A stretch of 64,000 bases of DNA from Candidatus Melainabacteria bacterium 17Bon1m (GCA_032128875.1 JAVLKG010000006.1:192001-256000); one strand, 5' to 3'; shown: positions 20,779 through 29,954, counted from the stretch's first letter. Notes: generated by a model from the letters alone, not told the origin. A program made the numbers and translations.

Positions 20779-21291
20779 GTGGAGCAGAATCCCTTGCAAG
20801 ATCTCAAAAGACAAATTACTAACAAAGAAATCACACTACCTGACGCGCTTGCTAGGGCATTGCCATTGTTACGGGGCAAGGTCACGGACGAAAAACTGAT
20901 GTGGCTGGCGTCTGAATTGCAAGGCTTCCAAAATGGATTGGAATTTTTCCAGAAGCACGCCAATGACACTGCTCTGGCGGAATTCCCTGCTTACCGAATC
21001 GTCACCGGCAAAATCTGGTTGTTGACACCGCAAGGTACGCTGGCTGAACTCAACAATCCGATGACCCAACGTGAGAGAGTCTTCCTTTCTGCACCAGTGT
21101 CGTGGTTGGAAGAAGCGCTCAATGATCCCAACGATACTTGCCTAGTAGACATGACTGAGTTGACCAACCTTTTTGCAAAGGGCGTAGGCAATGTTGTATG
21201 CGAATGCCCGAAAGAACACTTGCGCGGCATTCTTTCTATCTTCCGCCAGCGCTTCATTCAAGTGCTCGACGAAGCAAGCCAAGTCAACTAA
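20779..21291 (+). CDS. AbiTii-like domain protein
   Basis: LPDALARAL...WLASELQGF...FPAYRIV resembles the AbiTii pattern (W...ELxGY...PxYR). Confidence 0.55.
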   Translation: MEQNPLQDLKRQITNKEITLPDALARALPLLRGKVTDEKLMWLASELQGFQNGLEFFQKHANDTALAEFPAYRIVTGKIWLLTPQGTLAELNNPMTQRERVFLSAPVSWLEEALNDPNDTCLVDMTELTNLFAKGVGNVVCECPKEHLRGILSIFRQRFIQVLDEASQVN

Positions 21292-21412
21292 CCTGGCAGC
21301 GCGGGCGGCTCGCCCGCTTTGCTGTTCGAAAGGGCGGCTTGTACGCGCCCTTTCAATTGTTTGAACGATTTATGCGCTCAGTTAGAACTGGGCGTATAAA
21401 ATGCGGTTCTAC
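21292..21412. repeat. Cluster of REP-like palindromes between convergent genes
   Basis: CCTGGCAGCGCGGGCGGCTCGCCCGC, GGGCGGCTTGTACGCGCCC, GGGCGTATAAAATGCGGTTCTAC. Confidence 0.6.
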
Positions 21413-21422
21413 ACTGCTCTAT

Positions 21423-21830
21423 TTAGAACTCGTGGTATCCGAGCACAACTAGAACGCAGGCGCCGCCGTAGATCACGTTGAGCCCTGCATCTTCAGCGCG
21501 TTTGATAGCAGCTCGGCTTTCTGCCCCAGGCTGCATCCAAAGGTGTTTGACGCCAGCTTTGATAGCATCATCGACGACCTTTTCTGTCACCGCAGGTGGT
21601 GTGATGATGGAAACAGATTCGACCGGTTCTGGCAGGTCAAGTAAGGACGGATATGTGATTAGACCCTCAACCTCGCCCTCTGTTGGGTTGATCGGGATTG
21701 CCGGCCGATTGTTTTGCATGTAGCAGCGCAAAACTTTGTTGCCATACTTGTGGCGATTTGAAGATGCACCCGCTACCGCGAATTTAGGTGCGGCGAGGAA
21801 TTGATTGATTTTGCTGCCTTCTGCGTCCAT
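21423..21830 (-). CDS. CoA-binding protein (YccU-like)
   Basis: AVAGASSNRHKYG, PINP, LWMQPGAES, ACVLV. Confidence 0.9.
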   Translation of the reverse strand: MDAEGSKINQFLAAPKFAVAGASSNRHKYGNKVLRCYMQNNRPAIPINPTEGEVEGLITYPSLLDLPEPVESVSIITPPAVTEKVVDDAIKAGVKHLWMQPGAESRAAIKRAEDAGLNVIYGGACVLVVLGYHEF

Positions 21831-21920
21831 ATAAATGTCTCCAGATGAAACTTTAGTTTAACCGACATGGCAAGCGACTGGTGATGCACGCGCCTCTGCG
21901 AAACCTCCGATGGCGTCGCC

Positions 21921-23003
21921 CTACATTCTGTAAATCAGTTGCTCTTTACTAATAACTGCATTTGATTCAGCTGCGGCGATTTTTTCTTTCACCAGGTCAT
22001 GATGTGGGGAAAGCTTGCAGACAGGGTCGGCTTGAGCTGCATCACCCGCGAGGAGAAACGCCTGACAGCGGCAGCCGCCTAGGTCTTTCTCTCGAAACTC
22101 GCATGTACGGCAAGGCTCGACCATCCAATCGAAACCGCGAAAAGCGTTGAACGCCGGCGACTCCTTCCAAATCCATTCCAGTGTGTTTTCTTTGGTAGAT
22201 GGAAAAGATAATGTTTTGATCGCGCTCGCTGCAAGGCATGGATAAGCAGTTCCATTTACTGAAATAACCATATGTTGGCTTGCCCAGCCGCCCATGCAGG
22301 GTTTTGGTGAACTTTCAATATAGTCGCCGATTATCCAACTGAGGTGCATTTTTCCCTGCAATTGATTTTTCTTTGTTTCATAAACAACTAGTGCGTCGCT
22401 CATTTGTTGTTGCGTCGGCAAAAGGTGGTCCATATTAGCGGCAGCAAAACCGTAATACTGTGTATTCGCTAGCTCAAGACGTTTTACGCCGAGGCTATGC
22501 GCCAGATCTATTATTTCGGCAACCTCATGAAGGTTGTGGCGATGCAGTACCACATTCAGTGCTAAAGGTAATTTCGAATTCGCGACCAATTTTAAAGCAG
22601 CTAATTTTTGCTGTTGCGCATCCCGGCCTGCAATCAATTGCGCGGTTTGCGAACTGGCTGATTGTATGCTGATTTGTATACTTTCTAGCCCGCAACTAAT
22701 TAACTCTGATACAACCATTTCAGTTAGCCCGATACCGCTTGTAATCAAATTGCTGTAGATGTCGTGTTTTTTCAAACGCTCGATGATTCGTGGTAAACCT
22801 GCATAGGCAAGAGGTTCTCCACCGGTAAGATTAGCCTGCACCACTGAGAGCTTTGCTGCCTGATCGATGATTGAAAGCCATTCTTCAACAAGCAGTTCAT
22901 TATCGGCGCGCACCAGTTCCAGAGGATTGGAGCAGTACAGGCACCGCAAAGGACAACGATGAGTCAGCTCCATCGTCAGGGTGTATGGATTAGAAACCGT
23001 CAT
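21921..23003 (-). CDS. pqqE: PqqA peptide cyclase, radical SAM/SPASM
   Basis: ELTHRCPLRCLYCSNP, TGGEPL, ELANTQYYG, PKPCMGGW, CRTC..GGCRCQA..DPVC. Confidence 0.97.
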   Translation of the reverse strand: MTVSNPYTLTMELTHRCPLRCLYCSNPLELVRADNELLVEEWLSIIDQAAKLSVVQANLTGGEPLAYAGLPRIIERLKKHDIYSNLITSGIGLTEMVVSELISCGLESIQISIQSASSQTAQLIAGRDAQQQKLAALKLVANSKLPLALNVVLHRHNLHEVAEIIDLAHSLGVKRLELANTQYYGFAAANMDHLLPTQQQMSDALVVYETKKNQLQGKMHLSWIIGDYIESSPKPCMGGWASQHMVISVNGTAYPCLAASAIKTLSFPSTKENTLEWIWKESPAFNAFRGFDWMVEPCRTCEFREKDLGGCRCQAFLLAGDAAQADPVCKLSPHHDLVKEKIAAAESNAVISKEQLIYRM

Positions 23004-23290
23004 TGTTTTAGCTCGATCCAGCCGCGAGACAGCGCGTCCATGAGAAATTCCGCAAGGTCTCTGTGCAATGTGTCATCTTCGTAGCGTACCGCAAGCTCAG
23101 AATAAATCATCTCTATGGTGCGATTGCCGTCGACTAGCTCAAGAACTTCCGACGCCGAATGATTGAGTTTGACGATGCATTCAGGCATGAGCAGTAGTTT
23201 GCATTGCCTTTCTTCGTCGTCTTTTAAACGGACGCCATGCGCCATCTGGAGGACTGATTCTTTGACAATGTTTTCTAGTCCGTCTGCCAT
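23000..23290 (-). CDS. pqqD: PQQ peptide chaperone
   Basis: LLMPE, KLNHSASEVLELVDG; lies between pqqC and pqqE. Confidence 0.93.
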   Translation of the reverse strand: MADGLENIVKESVLQMAHGVRLKDDEERQCKLLLMPECIVKLNHSASEVLELVDGNRTIEMIYSELAVRYEDDTLHRDLAEFLMDALSRGWIELKQ

Positions 23291-23295
23291 TCAAA

Positions 23296-24021
23296 TCACC
23301 GCACAACCTTGGAGGCGCATTCGTTTCCTTGAATCGCGTCCAGCATCGACCACAATACATCGCATTTGAATTCTACGGCTTTTAGCGCCTGAAGCTGTTT
23401 TTCCGGCGTGTTTGCTGCTGCTAAAACAATGGACAGTCCGTGTTCGGAATCTCGCGGTGCTTGACTCAGGCGATTGCGAAAGTATGTTAGACCGTCCTTG
23501 TCGATCCAATGATAATGCCTTTCTATGACTTCGATTCGATAGCTAACGAGTGTGGGTGCAAAGACTTCAGTGAGTGATGATGCGACAGCTAGCCACCATT
23601 CATTGTTGCGGCAATAATTTACGTACGCGTCAACCGCGAATATCACGCCCGGCAAAAAATGTTTTCCGTCGAGAAGCTCGTTGCGACTGATTCCGGCTGC
23701 TTCTGCAAACTTCAACCAAGCGTGAATGCCTCCATCATCTTCGGCGCGTCCGTCGTGGTCGACAATGCGTTCGCGCCATTTGATGCGGTCGGCTCGTTGA
23801 GGGAGTTTCGACAGAACAATGCCGTCTTTGATTGGCAAGCATTTTTGATAATAAAAACGATTTGCGATCCATCGCTGCATCTCGTCTTTGCTCAACAAAC
23901 CCTCGTGCATGCGGGCGTGAAACGGATGTTTGTCGTGATACTTCTCTTCCCCGATTTTTTTCAGGCGCGCGACAAACTGCTCTTCGCTTAAAAGTTGACG
24001 GCTCGACTGTAAATCAATCAC
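23296..24021 (-). CDS. pqqC: Pyrroloquinoline-quinone synthase
   Basis: YHDKHPFH, NRFYYQ, IKD, RIVDHDG, FAVDAY, SSLTE, FKCDVLWSMLDA; start moved to GTG 24021 overlapping the pqqB stop. Confidence 0.96.
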   Translation of the reverse strand: MIDLQSSRQLLSEEQFVARLKKIGEEKYHDKHPFHARMHEGLLSKDEMQRWIANRFYYQKCLPIKDGIVLSKLPQRADRIKWRERIVDHDGRAEDDGGIHAWLKFAEAAGISRNELLDGKHFLPGVIFAVDAYVNYCRNNEWWLAVASSLTEVFAPTLVSYRIEVIERHYHWIDKDGLTYFRNRLSQAPRDSEHGLSIVLAAANTPEKQLQALKAVEFKCDVLWSMLDAIQGNECASKVVR

Positions 24022-25090
24022 GAATCTTGTTCCTGCAAGAGTTAACCGATTTGCTCGTTGCAAGCGAGAACGGCGCGCCGCTGCAAACAGACATTCCGTC
24101 GACTGCAATGTGGACTCCGGCGGTTTCGACCGCCCGTCTTTCCGTGGAATTATCGCGCAAAATCGGGTTGCTGTTGTTGATATGAGTGAGGAATTTTGCT
24201 CTTGCTTTCACCTTTTCAAGTTTTGCCAAAATGCCGCCTGCGCCGCTCAGTGGTAAGTGCCCCATCGTCTCGGCGTCAGGGGCGTTGCCGTCCAATGCCT
24301 GCAGCTCATTTGATGTATAAAAAGTACCGTCGACGAGTACTGTGTCGCAGCCGTCGAGTAGCCAGAGGAGTGCTTCGTCCCAAGCGCCGATTTGAGGGGC
24401 GTAGGCAATGGCGTCGGATGTGTCGTGTTTTGGCTCAGGCTCGACTTGGTTTCCCTCTGCCTCGACGTGCTTTCCGTTTAACTTTTCTTGGCTGCTTTCG
24501 AACTTCAGACCGATGACGGCGTCAGCGGTTTGGTTCGTGTTGGCGGATTGTTCCTCGGTTTGGGCGCCAATTTTCGAGGCGCCCACGTATCGCGGTTGTC
24601 TATTGCTGAGGCCCGCCGCTGTTACCGTCATAGAGTCGCCTAGCTTGAATGGAACGCCTGGCACAATCGTGAAAAATTCGAGATGGGCGTAGTTTTTCAG
24701 GACTGCCTTAACGGGGAAGGCTTTTTCCATCAAGCCCAGAACCGACGCTGTGGCATAGACCCGCAGACGTGAGCCTTCGCGCAGATTAATTAGTCCCATC
24801 GTATGGTCAAGCTCACCATCAGTGAGGATCACAGATTTAATAGGACTATTTCGAACAGGTCCATTCGGCGGCGGGTGGAGCTCGCAATGTCGTGCCAGCT
24901 GGTGTCTGAGGTCGACGCTCGGATTGACTATTGCCCAGGACGTTTCCCCGTTTTCCTCATACTCGACCGCCAAGGAGTCGGTCGTGCGCGCGCTCTCTGG
25001 GTTGTTTCTTGCAAAATTGCAATTTTCGCAGCCGCAATTCCATTGCGGACAGCCGCCACCGGCGCCCGTGCCCAGAACAATCAGGCGCAC
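24014..25090 (-). CDS. pqqB: PQQ biosynthesis protein B (metallo-beta-lactamase fold)
   Basis: GAGGGCPQWNCGCENC, LTDGELDHTMGL, LREG, DGTF, MGH, HINNSNP. Confidence 0.96.
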   Translation of the reverse strand: MRLIVLGTGAGGGCPQWNCGCENCNFARNNPESARTTDSLAVEYEENGETSWAIVNPSVDLRHQLARHCELHPPPNGPVRNSPIKSVILTDGELDHTMGLINLREGSRLRVYATASVLGLMEKAFPVKAVLKNYAHLEFFTIVPGVPFKLGDSMTVTAAGLSNRQPRYVGASKIGAQTEEQSANTNQTADAVIGLKFESSQEKLNGKHVEAEGNQVEPEPKHDTSDAIAYAPQIGAWDEALLWLLDGCDTVLVDGTFYTSNELQALDGNAPDAETMGHLPLSGAGGILAKLEKVKARAKFLTHINNSNPILRDNSTERRAVETAGVHIAVDGMSVCSGAPFSLATSKSVNSCRNKIRD

Positions 25091-25092
25091 GT

Positions 25093-25164
25093 TTACCTCT
25101 TGTGAATGTAGGCTGTCACCTCAGCGCCCGCGCTGATGATTTCGTAGCTGGGTTTTTCCCACAT
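25093..25164 (-). CDS. pqqA: PQQ precursor peptide MWEKPSYEIISAGAEVTAYIHKR
   Basis: Not in the ORF track. 23 aa with WxKP and E-x3-Y (EVTAY) core, GGAGG RBS, stop 2 nt before the pqqB GTG. Confidence 0.96.
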   Translation of the reverse strand: MWEKPSYEIISAGAEVTAYIHKR

Positions 25165-25320
25165 AAAGCCTCCAATTAATTTCTGCCCTGTTAAATTCGA
25201 ATGGGCGGATTCACATATGGTTTCAATCAGGATCATGCACGCGTTGCGCCAAACTAAACTATCATTTGTAGATTAAAGGCCAATCTATTTAGATTAAACG
25301 GTGATTGACAAGGGGGCGCC

Positions 25321-26556
25321 ATGAAGGCGAGTGTAGCCAAGAAATCCGAAGAGGCGAAAAGCGATAAGCATTTCGACCTGAAAGCTGTGCAGGCTGCGAT
25401 TCAAGATGAAGACCTAGACGGATGGCTTTTCTATTTCTTTCATGACAATGATCCGTTGGCGCTCAGTATTCTGCAACTGGAACAAGGCCACTTCACGCGC
25501 CGCTGGTTTTATTTTGTGCCGAAATCCGGCGAGCCTATCAAAATCGTTCATCGTATTGAGATGGACGCGCTGGATTCGCTGCCTGGAGAGAAACGCGTTT
25601 ACCTTGGTTGGAAACAGCTAGAGAGTGTGCTCAAGGAGACTTTGTCTGGTGTTAAAGAAGTGGCGATGCAATACTCGCCGATGAATCACATTCCTTATGT
25701 GTCAAGAGTCGACAGCGGCATTGTGGAGCTTGTTCGCTCCGCTGGCACGGAAGTTGCAACATCCGCCAACCTCGTCCAGAAGTTCGAAGCTGTGTGGAGT
25801 GACGACCAATTGAAGAGTCACGTCACTGCTGCTGAAAATCTGCGAAAGTTCATTTTCCTTGCATTTCAGTTCATCAAAGAACGCATTAATGGAGGCAAGC
25901 CGGTCAACGAGTACGAAGTTCAACAATATATTTGCAAGCTCTACGAAGAACACGGCATGGTGACCTCTTCACCGCCTATAGTGGCAGTGAATGGACACAG
26001 CGGATTGCCGCACTATCAACCAAACAAAGATTCTTTCAGCGAGATAAAGAAAGGCGACTTCGTTTTGCTCGATATCTGGGCAAAGCAGGGCACGCCGCAC
26101 AATGCAATATACGCCGACATTACTTGGACCGGTTATGTAGGTGATGCAGTTCCACAGAAATACACCGATATTTTTGAAGTCGTTCGCGGCGCGCGCGATG
26201 CTGCTCTTGCTTATGTTTCAGAGCGAATTGCCGGAAAGCATATTGTGCACGGATACCAGGTTGATGATGTCTCGCGTAACTACATAACTGAGCGCGGTTA
26301 TGGAGATAAGTTCGTCCATCGCACGGGGCATTCGATTTGTACCGAAGTGCATGCAAATGGCGCGAACATCGACAATTTGGAAACCAAAGACGAGAGAGAA
26401 ATTATTGCGCACACGGGTTTTTCCATTGAGCCCGGCGTGTACCTGGAAGAATTTGGTGTCCGCAGCGAAATCGATGCTTACGTGGGTGATGATGAGGTTT
26501 TGGTTTTTGGGCAACCTATACAGACAGAGATAATTCCGATACTTGCGCTCAAGTAA
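25321..26556 (+). CDS. M24 family (Xaa-Pro) aminopeptidase
   Basis: PHY, LLDIW, YADIT, HRTGHSI, SIEPGVY, VRSEID metal-ligand motifs. Confidence 0.92.
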   Translation: MKASVAKKSEEAKSDKHFDLKAVQAAIQDEDLDGWLFYFFHDNDPLALSILQLEQGHFTRRWFYFVPKSGEPIKIVHRIEMDALDSLPGEKRVYLGWKQLESVLKETLSGVKEVAMQYSPMNHIPYVSRVDSGIVELVRSAGTEVATSANLVQKFEAVWSDDQLKSHVTAAENLRKFIFLAFQFIKERINGGKPVNEYEVQQYICKLYEEHGMVTSSPPIVAVNGHSGLPHYQPNKDSFSEIKKGDFVLLDIWAKQGTPHNAIYADITWTGYVGDAVPQKYTDIFEVVRGARDAALAYVSERIAGKHIVHGYQVDDVSRNYITERGYGDKFVHRTGHSICTEVHANGANIDNLETKDEREIIAHTGFSIEPGVYLEEFGVRSEIDAYVGDDEVLVFGQPIQTEIIPILALK

Positions 26557-26565
26557 GGAGCACCC

Positions 26566-27786
26566 GTGCCAGTCGAGAACTGTCTAATGAATGTTGGCGA
26601 GTGGGTTACTGACCTGGCGGCCATTTCGTGTCTTGGTGCCGGACTGGCTGCGTTGGTGCTGACCTTGTTGCCCGGTAAGCGACTGACGGGAAAGGCTGAA
26701 TCCGCAGATCCTTCATCTTTCATCGATCCGGGGGCCGGCGAAACAGCGCGCTATCGCCTCGCCTTCAAAGACCTTATCACTGTGAAGAATTCGGGTTTGG
26801 ACGTCACGCAGGTTTCTGGCACTGTACCGGAGCCTGGTGTTGGGCTTGAAGGAACGCGCGCAATGTCTGCAAGCGAACTGGCAATCACGATGTTCGACCA
26901 GGGTATTTTAGGTGTTGGTCTCGGCGAGAAGAGTCTGGAAGCGACAAAGTCTTTCTCGAAAACCAAATTCGAAAAGACGAAAGTCGATTCGAAAACCAAG
27001 ATTGATTCAAAAACAAAAATAGAAAAGAAGGTCGACACCAAGACAAAAATTGAGCCGCGAGCCAAGGAAGAGAAGCCGAAGCCCGAATCGAAGAAGGACG
27101 CGAAGAAAGAAGCGAAACCAGATCCAAAAGATCAGAAGAACCAGAAAGACCAGAAGAAAGATCCGAAGAAAGACACAAAGAAGGGCGACGAGAAGGATTT
27201 GCAGCTTCATATGGCGGTGCGCAAAATCACTTATGGTTCAAAGAAAACTGACCCATATGTTTCAAAGCCGGTCATTGATGAGAATACGGGAGAGCAAACT
27301 CCCGATCCATTGAAGCCAACATACTTTAGTGAAGATATTTTGGACGCGATGGATAGGCAGCCGGCAAGTTTTCTGAATCAGTCGAAGGAGCCTGACCCAA
27401 GTCCACTCCCTGCAGAAAAACCAAACGCAGCTCCAGGTTTCCCAACGGCAGCCGGTCCAGCGCAACGAGTTCCGCTGCCGCCGCAGCCTCCGGCTCAAGG
27501 TTTCCCGCAACCACCGCAGCCTCCGGCTCAAGGTTTCCCGATGCCGCCGCAACCGCCGACTCCGGGTTTCCCTCAACCACCGCAACCTCCGGCTCAAGGT
27601 TTCCCTGTGTCTCCCCTACCTCCAACTCCGCCTCAACCGCAGAATCCAAAGGAAGGGCAACAGTCTCAGCCAGAAGAAATCGATCCAAGCAAAGACCCGA
27701 AGAAGGTTGGACGCTCGACACTGATTGAGCCCAAACGCAATCTTCAACAAGACAGAGAGCCGCCGCCGCCGGAGTACTTCAAGTGA
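26566..27786 (+). CDS. Single-pass membrane protein with Lys-rich and Pro/Gln-rich repeats
   Basis: AAGGAG RBS; N-terminal TM; (S)KTKI/V-D/E repeats; PPQPPAQGFP repeats. Confidence 0.75.
   Translation: MPVENCLMNVGEWVTDLAAISCLGAGLAALVLTLLPGKRLTGKAESADPSSFIDPGAGETARYRLAFKDLITVKNSGLDVTQVSGTVPEPGVGLEGTRAMSASELAITMFDQGILGVGLGEKSLEATKSFSKTKFEKTKVDSKTKIDSKTKIEKKVDTKTKIEPRAKEEKPKPESKKDAKKEAKPDPKDQKNQKDQKKDPKKDTKKGDEKDLQLHMAVRKITYGSKKTDPYVSKPVIDENTGEQTPDPLKPTYFSEDILDAMDRQPASFLNQSKEPDPSPLPAEKPNAAPGFPTAAGPAQRVPLPPQPPAQGFPQPPQPPAQGFPMPPQPPTPGFPQPPQPPAQGFPVSPLPPTPPQPQNPKEGQQSQPEEIDPSKDPKKVGRSTLIEPKRNLQQDREPPPPEYFK
27478..27609 (+). repeat. In-frame 33-bp tandem repeat, 4 imperfect copies
   Basis: Unit about CCGCAGCCTCCGGCTCAAGGTTTCCCGCAACCA encoding PPQPPAQGFPQ. 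Confidence 0.85.
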
Positions 27787-29900
27787 CCGAGACAAGAACT
27801 CCAGAAGCGAAAGCCGCGCCTGAGAAAAAGGCGAAGCAAGACAGCCAGGGTGTGAAGCCCTGGTCTTTGCGCCTGCTCATTATTTACGTCGGCATTGGTT
27901 TCTACGTTCTTTTTGCGTGGTCGCAAATAGGGCCCAGCATACTTTCGGCGATTGCGTTCAACCTGGCTGTTCTCGCCATTCTCGCCGTCATCTCTAGTTG
28001 TACTCGAACGCTAGTGTTGCGCCGGATGTTGTCGCTCTTTCTTTGGGGCGCATTTATGACTGGTGTTGCCGTCATGGTGTCGCATGTTGCTGTGAACGCC
28101 TTCGCTTTCTCTGGTCGTGGCGGCACTGAAATTGCCATGGCAGCAATCGAGGAAGTAATAAAACTAATACCGCTTGTGGTGCTTATGATCGTTGGCCGGA
28201 AATTCAGCACATTTACCATGGGCATGACCGATTTTATTCTTGCTGGTGCCGCGCTTGGTGCTGGTTTTTCCTGTCTGGAGTACGCTGCCGCTCACAAAAA
28301 CGCAGCTGCCTATGGGCAACTTGCCTGGCTTCCGACCGCTGAGATTGTGAACGGGCGCATGATTTCAGGTCACCTCATTTGGTCATCGCTGGCGGCAGCA
28401 GGGATCGGATTTGGCTTTTTCTTCAAGACCAGATGGAAGGTTGCAGCAATTGGTGCAGCGATTGGATTAGCCGTCACCATCATCGATCATGCTGCCTACA
28501 ACTATTCAATTGTCAGCAACGATTGGATGTCCGGTATTCTCAATGCGATTGCGCTCAACGGCTATCTTGCCTTTGGTTTGTGGATCGCGTCGATGGTGAT
28601 TGCGTTGGTGGTGGATGCTCGCGTTTTGATAAAGGCGGTTCCACAGTTTAGCGAATTCAAAGTGCCGAAGGGACTTGAAGGGCTCGATGGATTGATGGCG
28701 ATGTGGGACTTCGTTATCGATCGCAGGAGATTGGCGTATTCGCTGCATCACTATGAAAACGCGCCTGAGGCTTTGAAAAAAGACGCTGCTGTTACCTCGT
28801 CGCTGCTTGCGCAAACACTGATCAACTTTCATATTCCCGAGCGCAGATTGCGCACTCTTGATGCGATGACGCGAGAAGATCTGACGCTTGTCGCAGGAAT
28901 CAACGATATAGGTAGAGAAGGCGATCCGGATAGCCTCGATGATATTGATCTACCGAAGCATATTAAACTGAATGCGCCTCTCAGTCAGGGCGGGATGGGC
29001 ATCATTTACAGTGGTGAGCACATTCACACTGGGCAAAAACTTGCCATCAAGCTTTTGCATCCAACGTTTGCGCGGCAACAGCAGGCTGTTGAGCGTTTCA
29101 AACATGAGGCAAAAGCAGTTGGCGCCCTCCAGCATCCCAACCTGGTTACCATCACCGACTTTGGCATCACCGAGCGGAGAAAAATTCCCTATTTGGTGAT
29201 GGAATTGATTCAAGGAGAAAATTTGGAGCAGGTGATCAAGGATGGCAAAGGCATGCATCCTCAGCGTTTCTTCACCATCTTCGATCAAGTCATCGACGCG
29301 CTGTCTCACGCGCACAAGCGTATGGTCATTCACCGCGATATGAAGCCGAGCAACATCCTTTTGACTCAAACCGAAGACGGACGCGACATGATCAAGATTG
29401 TTGACTTCGGTATTGCGAAAATTATGACCGGCGAGGGTGAAGAAGGCGCCAATGCGCAAGAGTTGACGCGTACCGGCGATCTCATCGGTAGCCCACTTTA
29501 TATGAGTCCTGAGCAAGGTCTGGGGACGAAACTGGATGCCAGATCGGATATTTATTCCGTTGGTTGCGTTATGTATGAATGCATTGTTGGTGAGCCACCG
29601 TTGCTAGGAAACACCGCTGTGCAAACGATTATGATGCATATCAATGAGTCGCCGAAGACGTTGCGTGAAGCAAAACCGGAATTGAATATTCCAGCTGGAA
29701 TAGATCACTTCGTTATGAAGTGTTTGGCGAAGAATCCGAATCACCGTTTTCAAACTATGGACGAGATGAGAGAGGCTCTGCACAACGTGAGGGCTAATCC
29801 GTTTGGACCACAAGGAGGAGGAAGCCCCCAGAGCCCTCCCAATCCGCATAATCCTCAAAACCCGCAAAATCCACCGCATCCACCAAATGTGATGGCATAG
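27783..29900 (+). CDS. PrsW-family intramembrane protease fused to a Ser/Thr kinase
   Basis: Multi-TM N-half with EEVIK, GAGFSCLE, SGH, HAAYN; C-half with QGGMG, AIK, HRDMKPSN, DFG, YMSPE. Confidence 0.88.
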   Translation: MTETRTPEAKAAPEKKAKQDSQGVKPWSLRLLIIYVGIGFYVLFAWSQIGPSILSAIAFNLAVLAILAVISSCTRTLVLRRMLSLFLWGAFMTGVAVMVSHVAVNAFAFSGRGGTEIAMAAIEEVIKLIPLVVLMIVGRKFSTFTMGMTDFILAGAALGAGFSCLEYAAAHKNAAAYGQLAWLPTAEIVNGRMISGHLIWSSLAAAGIGFGFFFKTRWKVAAIGAAIGLAVTIIDHAAYNYSIVSNDWMSGILNAIALNGYLAFGLWIASMVIALVVDARVLIKAVPQFSEFKVPKGLEGLDGLMAMWDFVIDRRRLAYSLHHYENAPEALKKDAAVTSSLLAQTLINFHIPERRLRTLDAMTREDLTLVAGINDIGREGDPDSLDDIDLPKHIKLNAPLSQGGMGIIYSGEHIHTGQKLAIKLLHPTFARQQQAVERFKHEAKAVGALQHPNLVTITDFGITERRKIPYLVMELIQGENLEQVIKDGKGMHPQRFFTIFDQVIDALSHAHKRMVIHRDMKPSNILLTQTEDGRDMIKIVDFGIAKIMTGEGEEGANAQELTRTGDLIGSPLYMSPEQGLGTKLDARSDIYSVGCVMYECIVGEPPLLGNTAVQTIMMHINESPKTLREAKPELNIPAGIDHFVMKCLAKNPNHRFQTMDEMREALHNVRANPFGPQGGGSPQSPPNPHNPQNPQNPPHPPNVMA

Positions 29901-29954
29901 CAAGTACAATGATTTAGGCGTCCGTGTAAAGCACCAAGCGAGAAAAGGACAGTT

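Noticed and set aside
24022-24108. N-terminal extension of PqqC in the track
   Set aside because: Lies inside pqqB; GTG 24021 gives normal translational coupling
26950-27610. Regular repeats as a possible CRISPR array
   Set aside because: In-frame coding repeats without unique spacers; no cas genes
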